Positions 1-12,964 of a stretch of DNA of 64,000 nucleotides are shown piece by piece. The stretch comes from Octopus vulgaris (lineage: Eukaryota): NCBI GenBank assembly GCA_951406725.2, contig OX597819.1:47244001-47308000 (forward strand), written 5' to 3'. Within the stretch, counting starts at the first letter, position 1; each line of letters opens with the position of its first letter. The notes beneath the pieces are model-generated. The model made no database searches. It saw only the letters and a list, made by a program, of their open reading frames with translations, and had not been told where the DNA came from. The translations under genes were made by a program, and so were the position numbers.

Positions 1-299
1 CCACCAAAGTTCAGGCCTTGTACTTATAGTAGAAAAGAGTAACAACGACATCAGCGAATAATGTTTTATATTTTGAACTTTGAGATGTGGAGGGAAGCTG
101 ATTACAACAGCCCCAAAGTTCAACTGGTACTTATTTTGTTGATCTTGAAAGGATGAAAGGCAAGTCGACCTTGGCAGACTTTCAAATCAGAACCTAATGA
201 GCCAGACGAAATGTCAAAAGCATTTTGTCTGATGTACTAACGACATGCCATCTCACGGACTTACAGCCTTATTAACAATGATAATAATAATAATAATAA

Positions 300-885
300 T
301 GCCCTAATGCAGTACTAGGCAGTGGCTCTCATGGCTTCTGATCTTAACTGATTGGAAGTGTTATCATGTACATTGTTTTGTCTTGGTATAAAAGATGGGC
401 TACAGCAAATATTCTGCTCAATACCACAGATTTGCTTGTCAGTTGTTTGACCTTAACCAGTTGAGCATATCCCTTAGTGACCGATGATATGTGCATCTCT
501 GATCACGAGCAGAAGTAGTCAGGGAGCATCATAGCCATGTGTTGAGAGGGATTCTTTGGGGTTTGAATAATTCACCTCTGGAAACATGGGTGTTCGTTCA
601 ACATCCTTAAATAACCCTTATTCAGGGACCTTTTGAGTGGGATGGGCTACTCGACCAGAAGAAAATTCTAACTGGGCCACACCTGCAAGGTCATGTGCTG
701 TTTATCTTGATATGAGATCACCCTGTCGCGCACACATGGCTGTGATGCATGTGCCTAGTGTACCCTTATCAGACGAATAGTCATGATGGGTATACTGGGC
801 TTCGTATATTTTACCCCAGTGTCACTTTGATGGCATGCACTGCTCTCTCACTCAATAATATATATAAATAAATAAATAATAATAA
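300..885 (+). mobile_element. Non-coding interspersed element embedded in (AAT)n
   Basis: ~550 bp of higher-GC sequence flanked on both sides by (AAT)n; family not identified. Confidence 0.4.
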
Positions 886-1542
886 TCCTTTCTACTATAG
901 GCACAAGGCCTGAAATTTTGGGGAAAGGGAGTAGTTGATTAAAACTCAATGTTTTACTGAAAGGCAAAGTTGACCATGGCAGAATTTGAACTCAGAACAT
1001 AAGAGACAAAATGCCTGAAATTGGGGTAGGAGTTAGTTAACTACATGGACCTCTGAAGGATAAAAGGAAAGTAGACCTCAGTGACATTTGAACTCAAAAT
1101 CTAAACAGTCAAAAGAAATGCTGCAAAGTATTTTGTTTGGTATAGCAGCTTACTGCCTTTCGCACAGCTAACAGGGAGCCTTTATGTAGTTACACACTTT
1201 GCTAAAAATAGCAGCAAAATCGCCCTAAATCACTCCCATCCATCTTTAAAAAAGGACACAGATAATCTAGCCTGAAACATCTGTAAAGAGACTGGATGGT
1301 CATCATTGGAATGCTTTGAGAAATATTTCATTACGACCTGCTAGAAATAGCAGCCATATCTATCAAATTGCACTCCACCATTTAAAACAAAAAGGACATG
1401 TTGGTCAAATAAAACAAACGGGAGGGAACACTTTTTATTATAGGCTAGTTTGAACAGAGCTAAACAGTGAAACCAACAACACTTCTTTACTGCGATAAAA
1501 AAAAAAAAAATTCTAAAATATAAAGAAAGAGTTTGTAGTTAC

Positions 1543-1612
1543 CTCGGCCGCCACCTCGTTGGGGAGTCAAAAATCTGGCCAAGGGCAATAACTTTGCAGG
1601 ATCAATAAAAAG
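1543..1612 (-). CDS. GAR1: GAR1 coding exon 5; remaining C-terminal RGG exon(s) lie outside the window
   Basis: LFIDPAKLLPLARFLTPQRGGGR(G), the Gar1 IDPxKLLPLxRFL motif; tttcag / gtaact. Confidence 0.92.
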
Positions 1613-1819
1613 CTGAAATCACCAAAAAATATATTTGGATAAATTACTACAATTTATATTGTTTACTTTTTATCTATTTATTTATTTATTTATTCATAAT
1701 TTTAATTCAAACATTTACCATCATAAATCAACATTTCTGAGAAGTTTCTTGATTAGCAGTAGTTTTTCTTTATTCTGGATGATTTGAGTGTCACATTCTG
1801 TCTACCATCTTCCTTTGTG

Positions 1820-2920
1820 TTATTTTAAGAATATCAATGGTTTAAGACAATGATGAATAGGAGGAGACTGAAAAGTGAGCCATGGTGAACTCCTACCTGT
1901 ACATTAAATTCGTTGCTAACTCTTCTTTTACTAACAACATCCTTGTACATGGCTTGCATAGCTTAACCTTAGCTTCCTCAGAGACCACTAGATTACAAAG
2001 CAAGGGACTCTGTTAAAGGCTTTCTCCAAGTAAACTTTTAGCTAAATATTTCCCCTGCAGTTGTCTCACTAGAAAGAAAGCATCAATAGTATTCCTCCCT
2101 GGCACAAAAACCAGACTGCATCTCATCAAGACTAATTCTCTTTCTATAACTTTCATTACCTAGTCCAGCACTTTGATACCTCTGTAATTTCTTCTATGTA
2201 AGACTATATAGTCAACCTTATAGCAGTTGATTATAACGTTGCTATACCAGTCATTAAGTATGACATCTTTCCGTACAACTTCATTTACTATACAGATTAT
2301 TTTAAGTATCTCAGCGGTGATTCCTGACGGACCAGAAGCTTCCTCTGCCTTCAGATTTTTAATTATTTCATCTTTCCTACTGCTTTCAGTTCTGATTGCT
2401 TGTTCCTCTGCTGGGTCAGAGTTGGCAACTCTCTTTCACCAATACATTCTCAACATTTAGTGACCTTTCGGAGTAGCACTTCTATGCCGCTTTCTTTTCA
2501 AGTACAAATGTAGCGTTATCCATCCAGACTCGCACTTCTCACCTACAACATCTTGATTTCCTTTGATACACTGCCTTGCAATCTGAATAACTCATGTCTC
2601 TAGTCCTCATGCTGTAGAACATTGACAAACCAGTAAACCTCTTACTTTTTACTTCTCTTTTTGCTATGTAGACCTGTCACCTATTTTTTCTTCTGCTGAC
2701 CTAGTTTTCTGGTCTTCCCAAATTTGTCTTTTCACTTTTATAGTTCTGTCAACCTCTGTATTCCAGCACCACATAACTCTTAGTCTGACCAGCACTTAGC
2801 ATAGGCCACAGATTGTCTGTGGCCCTCAGTAGGCTGTCCTCTGAGAACTTCCAGCTGTCCTCTATGTTATACATCTCCTTCACTACCTCCTTTTCATCAA
2901 ATGATTCAACTAAAACATCA
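1820..2920 (-). mobile_element. Degraded RTE-clade LINE reverse-transcriptase fragment
   Basis: Minus-strand peptides ASGPSGITAEILK, YRGIKVL and EFNVQVGVHHGSLFSLLLFIIVL, with frameshifts and stops. Confidence 0.8.
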
Positions 2921-3097
2921 CTAAATCTATATATAACATTATCATGGGTGGATGGGTCAGAAGATAGATAGATAATACCATACCAATGTTCCCATATGGT
3001 ATTGAATAATTGTAAAGAATCTTTTTACGTGAAATAATTGGTAGCTTTGTTAACCTACAAATAAAGTAGATAGATAGATAATCAAAATAATATTTAC

Positions 3098-3157
3098 CTT
3101 CTGATTCCCTTTAAAAGAATTTGCTTTCATATTTTCAGATAGTTTTACAGAAAAACA
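3098..3157 (-). CDS. GAR1: GAR1 coding exon 4
   Basis: CFSVKLSENMKANSFKGNQK; 60 nt, phase 0/0; donor gtaaat. Confidence 0.92.
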
Positions 3158-3872
3158 CTATTGGTAGTTAAGGATAAAACAAGAGGTGAAATCAGAAAAT
3201 ATAAATATTATATTACAAAGTATTCAAGTAAACAAGATTCACAGTAGTCTGAATCAGGATATCAGGCAATGATGTTTCTTGTGCGAAGCACCTGGCAGGT
3301 ATAAGATACATGCCTTCTGAGTAGAGTCTGTGGACAGAAACTGCATGGAAACCCATCATATGTATATGTGAGTGTAATGTATATGTCCTCCCTACTGTGT
3401 AACAACCAGTGTTGGTTTGTTTATGTCCCTGTAACTTAGCAGTTCATCAAAAGAGTTCAATAAGTACTAAATTTTAAAAAGAATAAGTACTAATTTTTTT
3501 TAAAATTTATAACAGGTACTAGGGTCGATTTGATCAAGTAAACTCTTTAAGGTGGTGCCACAGTCCAATGACTGAAAGAAGCAGAAGCTAAAAGATAGAT
3601 AATGGGATTCATTAGTATGCAGAGCCGAGTTCAAATCCCACCCCACCATGAACCTGGAAAAGTAACTGGGGAAACTACATCAATGCAGGAATGTTTGTGT
3701 GGTTAAGAATTTCACTTCACAACAAGATAGTTCCAGGTTCAATCCCCTGCATGGCATCTTAGTTTTGGCCAATATCTTGGGAATGAAATTTGGTAGACAG
3801 ATAAAGCAGACATTTCAAAACAGGTAAAAAAATGAATAACAAAATTAAAACACAAAAATAAAATAAGGATAC
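3158..3872 (-). other. GAR1: U12-type (minor spliceosome) GT-AG intron of GAR1
   Basis: 5' splice site GTATCCTT; branch site TCCTTAAC (3174-3167) ending 9 nt before the exon; no polypyrimidine tract. Confidence 0.9.
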
Positions 3873-4021
3873 AGAGTCTTTGATGGATCCAAATATTTCA
3901 TCAATTTTGCCAATTTGTTGTTTGTTTTCTAAATAAATTGGAGCATTAAAATATGGAATTTTTTCATTGGTATTTTTGCAAACTAAATCTTCTTGACAAG
4001 GATAAAGAAATACTCCTATTT
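3873..4021 (-). CDS. GAR1: GAR1 coding exon 3 (Gar1/Naf1 core)
   Basis: [50 protein letters not shown], the hallmark Gar1 [12 protein letters not shown] motif. Confidence 0.95.
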
Positions 4022-4290
4022 CTGTAAGTGAACAAAAGAAAAACATTACGTCACATAATGAACAGGGGGGACAACTGCTGATGAAAATAACTCAAGCTGT
4101 GTAACTGATACGGTAGAGTCCTACACACAATACACCTACAGCGCTAACTTTCGGTACACTGACAGTCCAAAACCTCATAAATCCACATTCATTTAAGAAC
4201 AGAAACCTTAATTTCCCACAGCTGCCAGATTAGTTTACTAGTACCTTGCACAGTTCAGTATTAATAAATTATACAATCAACTGGGGTTGA

Positions 4291-4730
4291 TTCATCATCA
4301 ACATCATCGTTTAACGTCCGTTTTCCATGCTAGCACGGGTTGGATGGTTCGACCGGGGTCTGGGAAGCCAGGAGGCTGCACCAGGCTCCAGTCTGATCTG
4401 GCAGTGTTTCTACAGCTGGATGCCCTTCCTAACGCCAACCACTCCGTGAGTGTAGTGGGTGCTTTTTACGTCCCACCGGCCACGATCGGATTGGTGCTTT
4501 TTACGTGCCACCAGCACAGAAGCCAGTCAAGGCGGCGCTGGCACCGGCCACATTCGGATGGTGCTTTTTACATGCCACCGACACAGATATCACAACTACA
4601 ATTTCCATTTGATATTTATTTTGATGATGATGTACTTGACTCAATAGATCTCAACACAGCAGATCACCCTACGTTCCAAGGTAAGCACAGCAGGTCGTTC
4701 TGCAATCCAAGGTACTTTTGATGGGCTGGG
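4291..4730 (-). mobile_element. RTE 3'UTR fragment (others near 6548, 8742, 17887, 20876, 22478, 28283, 30266, 31979, 33794, 34968, 43152, 43776, 49290, 50040, 54394, 55734, 63785)
   Basis: Shared GGTTGGCGTTAGGAAGGGCATCCAGCTGTAGAAA block, internal GTGCTTTTTACGTGCCACC repeats, (GAT)n tail. Confidence 0.8.
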
Positions 4731-5146
4731 GCTAAAATTCTTCAAGATGATGCTCCAGCATGGCCATAGTTGAATGACTGAAACAAATAAAAGTAGCAGC
4801 TCTCTTCCCACCACTACCACCACAGAAACACTAGGGCAACAGTTTGTACCCAATCCCTCCCTCTTCATTAATCACTATCCTCATCATTTAACATCCACTT
4901 TTCCATGCTTGCATGGGTCAGACAGAATCTGTTAAGGCAGATTTTCTACAGCTGGATGCTTCTTCTGTCACCAACCCTCACCAAGCAAGGTAATATTTCC
5001 CCATGGCCAGATGTGTTTTTCATGAGAGACTGGAAACAAACATCGTTTGTGTAACAGTAATGCTAGTTTACAACCGTGATGTCAAGACATGGGCTTCTTT
5101 CAGTTTCCATCTACCAAATTATTCACTCACAAGGCTTTGGTCAGTT

Positions 5147-5887
5147 CAGGATGGGACAGAGAGGACAGACGTTTTTGAAATGGCTATTACTCAGCTCCAA
5201 GAGGAGGAAAGTATGTCTAACAGGTACCTTGCAGTCCGTGGTGTCTTAGCATTCTTCTCTTTTTTCAAGTAAAGCCTGGTGTGCTGTTGGAAAAGCTGCC
5301 GTCATTGGTCCTTACTTTTTTGAAGACAGTAATGGAAATGCTGTTACTGTGAACTCTAAGTGTTACATCGAGATGATAAACAACTTCTTTGTGCCTGAAT
5401 TGCAACGAAATCTATGCCTATTCAACATGTGTGGTTGCAGCAGGATGGGGCAACAATCCACAAGACCAGAGCATCAATGGACATTCTTCGCCCTCTCTTT
5501 AGTGACTGCCTAATTTCCAGGTTTGCTGACATTCCTTGCCCCCACTCAGTCCCCTGATTTGTCCGTGTGTGATTATTTCTTATGGGGAAACTTCAAGGCA
5601 TGTGTGTATGCACATAAGCCCCATACATTGGACAATTTGAAGGAAGCTATTCACATGGAAGTCACCCAGGTTGACAGAGCAATGCTGGAGAGAGTGGAGA
5701 TCAACTTCCAAGAACACCTTCAGAAATGCATCAATGAAAACATACATGATAGATGTTGTTTTCCACACTTGATTTTGACAAATGCTAATTCAATACAAAC
5801 ACACTGATGTCAATAAAATTTGTTTGCAGCTAAAATTAATGATTTTGTGAATTTTTCAAAAACGTCCATCCTCTCTGCCCCACCCTG
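5147..5887 (+). mobile_element. Internally deleted Tc1/mariner element, DD41D (rosa-type) spacing, nested in a SINE
   Basis: Imperfect ~33-bp TIRs (CAGGRTGGGRCAGAGAGGA...); peptides IGPYFFED, WLQQDGA...SPDLSVCDYFLWG with 41 residues between the last two D after one frameshift correction. Confidence 0.85.
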
Positions 5888-6150
5888 CAGAAGACATTTG
5901 CCCAAGGTACCATACAATGGTTGGAAAGCAAGCTTCTCAACCGCCCTAATTGTATTAAACATGGCAATTTTTTCATCCCCTCTCCTTTTCAATCCTCAGA
6001 AATCCTGTTAATGGGGTCATCCCCTATCCTACCCTTAAGAGTGTTTACTACCATAGAAGATTACTGCCCTGGAAGCTATGATATCATACCAAATGGTACC
6101 CTAAACCAGCTATGCTACAAAAAAAAATGAAAAAGCAATAAGTAACTTAC

Positions 6151-6195
6151 CTGTTACTTCATCTGGGGGTCCATAGCTCTGAAAACTTCTTCCAC
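6151..6195 (-). CDS. GAR1: GAR1 coding exon 2
   Basis: (G)GRSFQSYGPPDEVT(E), containing the GPP motif before the Gar1 core; catgcag / gtaagt; phases match both neighbours. Confidence 0.9.
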
Positions 6196-7866
6196 CTGCA
6201 TGATATAATACAGAAACAGAAATTCAATATATATACCTACATATACCATCATCATCATTTCAATATCCATTTTCCTCCAGACAAACATTAAAAAAATAAA
6301 ACACACACACACAACAATAGCAGCAGGAGTAGGAGCATTAATGATCAATCACATTATGTTGAAACATTGTCTACATCAGTAGAATAAAAATGCAGACAAA
6401 CTACTTTGCCCATGTCCATTGTGTATACCACAAGAGTAAAGGACCTTTGTGGCTACCACCAGAACTTACAGACATTCAGGCCAATGAAAGAGCCTCTATG
6501 CAGTCAAATTCTTTCAAATCACACACTACCATCTTTAAAAAAAAGGATCATCATCATCATCATTTAACGTCCGTTTTCCGCGCTAGCACGGGTTGGACGG
6601 TTCGACCGGGGTCTGGGAAGCCAGGAGCTGCACCAGGCTCCAGTCTGATCTGGCAGTGTTTCTACAGCTGGATGCCCTTCCTAACGCCAACCACTCCGCG
6701 AGTGTAGTGGGTGCTTTTTACATGCCACCTGCAATTTGATACATTAGAGAATATTTTTCTAGACATAGATTTGAAGGTCATGGTTGGAACACCTGTGATC
6801 ATAGGTCTGCCAGATCAGGACTAGCTTGGGGCTAAAAACAAGTCAGTGGTGAAACTGCAACATGTCCAGACTGTCACACAGCAGCCCATTTTATGTTAAT
6901 AAAAACCACTGCACATCAAATATGATTCACAAATGGATGGGTGCATGGCATACCTAGAGTGCAGGACCAAAGGACCACACCCAGGTATTTAGCCACCTAT
7001 TTATGAGCCACAGATAAATCTATTCAAACAGGGCTGACCAAGACGACAATTATTTACACTAAGATGTAAAACAGTTACCGTATTAAATAGCATAAAAGAT
7101 GCACGGTCATATTAGGTACACTCCGATTATAGGAACGCATATTCAGGAAAAAATAGGTTTTTAGAATATTTACGTTTATGAGAGGTCCAATTTCACATGC
7201 AGGACTTGAGGTGATTCTTTTTTATTGTTTTTTGAAGCCTTTTTGGGTGAGAGGAAAATGTATGCCATCATAAACGGTAACCTGCCACAACAGTAAACTA
7301 TCCAAGGGAGACAACTTCTGACAGCATACCAAAACACAAATATATTTTAAGTTCTATTTGAACCTCTGCCTTCCAATTTCCAGTCATTTCGATGAGCAGA
7401 AATTTTCGCACTTCAATATGTGCCTCATGGCATTTTAAAATAACTTCTTGTTTAGCCTAAGGTCAACATGACTGATCATAGACTTATAACCAAAAGCGTT
7501 CTTGCCATAGCCAATTATGGTTTCAAATTTTGGCACAAGGCTAGCAATTTTAGGGAAGGGATTAAGCTGATTACATCAACCCCAGTGCTTAACCGGTACT
7601 TATTTTATTGACTCTAAAAATATGAAAGACAAAGTCGATCTCAGTAGAATTTGAACTCAGAACATAATGAGCTTCAAGAAATGCTGCTAAGCATTTTCTC
7701 CAACACACTAACAAATCTCACAAAATTCTCTGAATATTTCATCTCTGATTTATTTTTGTAAAAGAATGTAATGGGTTCTTTATAAAGAAATATATTACGT
7801 TCTGACGAAAGCCAAATTTCTCCTCTAGCTTTTGCTATATAATTGAGTAAACACTGAAGAATTGCT

Positions 7867-8248
7867 CTTTTACTTGTTTCAGTCATTTGAGTGTGGCCAT
7901 GCTGGAGCACTGCCTTTAGTCAAAAAAATCAACTCCAGGACTTATTCTTTGTAAGCCTAGTACATATTCTATCGGTGCCTTTTGCTGAACCACTAAGTTA
8001 TGGGGACACAAACACACCACCATCGGTTGCCAAGCGATGTTGGGGGGGACAAACACAGACACACAAACATATATATATACATATATACATTGAGCTTCTT
8101 TCAGTTTCCGTCTACCAAATCCACTCACAAGGCTTTGGTCGGCCTGAGGCTGTAGTAGAAGACACTTGCCCAAGGTGCCACGTAGTGGGAATGAACCCGG
8201 GACCATGTGGTTGGTAAGCAAGCTACTTACCACAGCCACTCCTGCACC
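7867..8248 (-). mobile_element. Full-length tRNA-derived SINE, family A (CORE-like)
   Basis: A box TGGCTGTGTGG, B box GGTTCATTCC, CCTTGGGCAAGTG core-like motif, central (AT)/(GT) microsatellite; TSD TGAAGAATTGCT at 7855 and 8249. Confidence 0.85.
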
Positions 8249-8288
8249 TGAAGAATTGCTGTTGATAATATAATTAACACAAAATTAC

Positions 8289-8361
8289 CTCCACGCCCAA
8301 AACCTCCTCGACCACCACGTCCACCACGAAAATCACCACCGCCTCTGTTTCCAAATCCCAT
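8289..8361 (-). CDS. GAR1: GAR1 first coding exon (exon starts 8381), N-terminal RGG box
   Basis: MGFGNRGGGDFRGGRGGRGGFGRG(G); acceptor tttgcag at 8382, donor gtaatt at 8288; phase 1. Confidence 0.9.
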
Positions 8362-11300
8362 GCTACCAATAGTCTTGTTCTCTGCAAATAAACAAGGAAA
8401 AATGTTAGATCTACATATAAGCAAACACACACAAAAATACATACATCATCATTTCCATGATGGCATGGGTTGGATGGTCTATCAAAGTCTGAGATAGTTC
8501 TTATTCAAAGTTACTACAACTTACACTCATACATTTCATTTTTTGGCATGTTTTCTACAGCTGGATGTTTTTCCTAACACCATCCACTGCGTACTATATT
8601 TCATCATGGCACAAGCATTAAGAGAGGATGTCATACCTTCTCAACCATTAACTGTCTCTGCTGGATTCACTAGACTTTACATAGTGTAATGGGACCATTT
8701 CATTATGACACCCACACTAACAAGGTCACTCGCAAGAGTTTCATCATCATCATTTAACATCTGCTTTCCATGCTGGCATGGGTTCGACAGTTTGACTGAG
8801 GACTGGTGAGCCAGAAGCTGCACCAGGCTCAATCTAATCTGGCAAAGTTTCTACAGCCGGATGCCCTTCCTAATGCCATCCACTCTGAGAGTGTAGTGGG
8901 TGCTTTTATGTGCCACTGGCACGAGAGCCAGTCAGGTGGTTCTGGCAACGATCATGCTCAAAAGGTGTTTTTTTACATGCTACCTGCACAGGAGCCAGTC
9001 TGGCAGCACTGGCAATGACCACGCTTGAATGTTGTTTTTCACATGCCACCGGCACATGTGCCGGTAAGGCAATGCTGGCAACGATCACACACAAATGGTG
9101 CTTTTCACATGCCACCGGCACGGGAGCCAAGCAAGGTGATGAGAAGTTAAAGCATGATGGAATGAACAGATTTATTGTTGTGTAAGTGTGTGTGTGTTTT
9201 TATAAATATCTCTGTGCCATCGATTTTACTATATTTGTTTGAGTGGATAGTTTGTTGGAGCAGTTGCTTTTACAACTGGATATTCTTCTTACTGCTAATC
9301 ACTCATCTATGAAGTAGGAATCGAATCTGCTTCAGAGCACAATGCTATGGCTGCAATAGTTATAATAAAGTGCAAATGACCCAGCAATTCAGTACCTTAA
9401 CCTCCTAACAGGTGTTCAAAAAGAGTTCAAATGAAAACAGTTTCCAGAAACATCAAACTGAGAGGAATGACTCTGATGAGAGGACAAAAGACAGGGAGAC
9501 TGGTGATAAGAAAAGAAACCAGCCTTGGAAACTACGCCCAAAGAGAGGACAGAGTACAATATCTGTAAAGGACTGACTTTGACTGTAACAAACTTGCACT
9601 GTACCAAGCCAAGACATCATGAAAAATGAACATAAAATGAAGATGAAAATGTCAAAAGATATAGACGTCAATATGGAAGAGAATGAAAACAATGTAGACT
9701 TTCAGTATGATTAAGAAGATTAATGAGTAAATACTGTGCTGTAGTAGGATTATTGTCTAGGATGTGACAGGTGGAGAGAGAGAGGGCAGCACCAGCACTA
9801 GACTGATACATACTTCCAAATCATACTCACTCATGACAGATGGATGGATAGGTAGAATGCTATATAACATGCTGTAGTTCTGAGAATAATCTTTATATCA
9901 ATCTAACCTTCTACTTATCTACATTTATGAATATATGTATCCTCAGCCACATGCACATTCAGACATAGACACACAAAAACATACAGATGCAGTGGTGAAG
10001 ACAAATCTGAAGGCGCTATCTCATGGAAATGACAAAGGACTACTGCACTGGCATGCAATACAAAGTGCTGGAGAAGAAGCAATTACCTTTGCAAGTAAAG
10101 TGGAACATGATGAAATGGAGGTTGGGGGTCTACATGTGTGCATATATGGATATGTATGTGTGTGTGTATGCATGTATTTGTATCTTGCCAAGTCTATATT
10201 TGCTGCTGCTACCACCTCTGTATCCTTGACTCCATTTCTCATTTACCTCCTTCACCCATCTCTCCATCATTTGTATCAGTCTGTGTCTCACCTCCCTGCC
10301 ACTTACTACAAATAGGAAAGGATTTGCCTTCATTCAATCTCCCCTATTACAATCCACATTATTCTACCTCTCGTGCTATTCACTAGACTTTACACCTTTG
10401 TATGAGAGACTGCACTGAATCATACTCCTCACTTTACCTTCCTCTCTCATCATCAGGCTTCTTTATTTTCTTCTTCTGTATTTATTCTTCACTCTGATGA
10501 AGCTCCTTGTTTCAGATCAGCTTTATTACCAAATATGATTAATATTTTTACATATTTTTGCATATCAATGGCAATAGCATACAACATTGGAAACAGAAAC
10601 AGCTGTTAGATGGGATGCAGTCTATTTGCATTGAATTAATAATAATTGATGTAAGTCAATTGTTGTTCATTGGTACCTCTCCATTTTCTGCTTTCTTTAC
10701 ATACATACATACACACACACACATACATACATATATGAGTGCATTAGGAAAAAAGTACTCAATACTCTCTGACTTTATCCTTCATATACTGCCAGCCATC
10801 ACACTAGCTCTCTCTCTCTCTCTCTGCACTATGCTACTTCTATTGTCACCCATCACTCTCTTCGCCATCGTCACTCTGTCTCTACCATCATAAATGTTTC
10901 TTTCACATAACTATTCCAGTACTCCAGACTTCCTTCTGGAATACACACCTACATATCTCTAAGTAGTATGTGCCAAGCTTCTGCTAATTTTTTTTAAGTG
11001 CCTGTGTAATTGTGAGCAGACTCTCTCAGCCCCTCCTGCATCTGACCTATGGAGAATCCAGTATGTAACAATTGGAAAGAGATGGGGAGTGAGAGACACA
11101 TACAGAGAAAGAGAAGGAGAGGGGGACACCAGTACTTAGCTGGCAATTATTTCAGCTGAGTAGACTATATATATGAATGTCTACAAAGACACACATACAT
11201 ATATACATGTCTAGTCACACATAAGCATGCTTACAGCTTATGTGCTGTTGCTCATCAAATTTGACGATGACCATCTCCTTCAGTGGTGGATCCTTTGATG

Positions 11301-12357
11301 CCTAGACATCTCAAAGAACAGCAGCAACCGAGGTCACAGACAAGCAGAGAATTACCAATGATACCACCAATGCTAAACCTACAGTGTGCTCTGATGAGCA
11401 AGGAAACTACAAATGTGGCAATATTATTATCATTGCAGACATTGATGATTGCAAAGTTTCTAGTGACCCTCCTCATCAGGCTTTCTGGTGATTGTGTCAG
11501 TTTAGCTGCAGAGGATCCAACCATGTTACAGGTTGCACTGGATTATATGTTACTTGTTGCACTCAGTGATTCATGCAACAACAATTGCTAAGATCTAAGA
11601 TCCCTGTTTCAAACTGCAGAATCTAGCCGAGCAGTGAAGGCTTACAGTGGCATTATCAGTTTCTTTCATGTGAAGGGAATAGACCTGGTAGTAAGGATGA
11701 TGCAAGATGACTGGTACCTACTCCTAGCAGCCTTCTACTGATGGATATCCAGTCTATTGGGAACTGTCTTAAAGCTGACCACCATAGTTTGTTTTTCTAT
11801 CAAGACATACCCCACCAAGTTTTGTCTTTCTGAACTCAACAGTAAGGTAGTATAGAAAGGTTGCCCACCATGGCTAGGGAGCAGTAGCTACCCCTCTCCT
11901 AGATATTTTCCCCACAAAGCAGCTATGACAATGTGGTAAGGATTTTACTTCTCAACAACACAGTTCCAGGTTCAATCTCACTGTGTGGCAAGTGTCTTCT
12001 ACTATAGCCCTGGATCAACCAAAGCCTTATGAGTGAATCTAGTAACAGAAACGGGAAGAAGCCTACCATACATATATTTATACAAATATATAAACATGTG
12101 TATGTGTATATGAGTCTCCTTACCCTGACATTTCATGATGATTGTGAATGAGTGTCACTGTCATACAAGTAGTGTCATTCATTTCCAATATTCTGTGAGA
12201 ACATGTCTGGCCATGGGGAAATATTCTTGCTTGGAAACAAGTGAGGGTGGTAACAGGAAGGTAATCTAGCTGTAGAAAATTTGCCTCAATAAAACTCCAC
12301 CCAACCCATGCAAGGATGGAAAAGAGGATTTTAAATGACGATGAAATGATGAAGAAC

Positions 12358-12603
12358 TAGAGGACCATTGCTTCATAAGTGGACTTATGGACGGTTGTTC
12401 ACCATATCCAGTATTTCTATGTCTGTGCACTATAGCTAGTAGAGGACCATTGCTTCATAAGTGGACTTACAGACGGTTGCTCACTATCTCCAGTATTTCT
12501 ATGTCTGTGCACTATAGTTAGTAGGGGACCATTGCTTCATAAGTGGACTTACAGACGGTTGTTCACCATCTCCAGCATTTCTATGTCTGTGCACTACAGC
12601 TAG
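12358..12603. repeat. Tandem repeat, 3 x 82 bp
   Basis: Units start at 12358, 12440 and 12522 (TAGAGGACCATTGCTTCATAAGTGGACTTA...). Confidence 0.9.
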
Positions 12604-12866
12604 ATTTGGTGGATTCATCCGTCCTTTGGACACGTCTTGTTCATATTCTGCTCTGTTTCTAGAGACGTTCTTCATCAGATTTGTATATATGTATATATGT
12701 GTTTGTGTGTCTGTGTTTGTCCCCCAGCATCGCTTGACAACCGATGCTGGTGTGTTTAGGTCTCCGTAACTTAGCGGTTCGGCAAAAGACACCAATAGAA
12801 TAAGTACTTGGCAGTCGGTTTAGACACCAACGATCTGACCATGTAATAGGTTATATTGGATTACGT

Positions 12867-12964
12867 GGCTAATGTAAAGAATACGCACACCCGGTGTTTA
12901 GGGTGAGGGTTAGGGGTTAGGGTTACGCCGAAAACGAGTTGTGTGCGTATTCTTTAGCTCCGCC
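12867..12964. mobile_element. 98-bp MITE with 9-bp TSD (Merlin- or Mutator-like) and telomere-like core
   Basis: TSD GGATTACGT at 12858 and 12965; 24-bp TIR with perfect inner 16 bp TAAAGAATACGCACAC. Confidence 0.8.

Noticed and set aside
4287-4721. Recurring ORFs containing AVFLQLDALPNANHS or VSVYQIHSQGFGRP
   Set aside because: Translations of RTE UTR and SINE copies, not host genes.
12897-12924. TTAGGG repeats as a chromosome end or fusion scar
   Set aside because: Only four imperfect units, fully enclosed in a TIR/TSD-bounded MITE.
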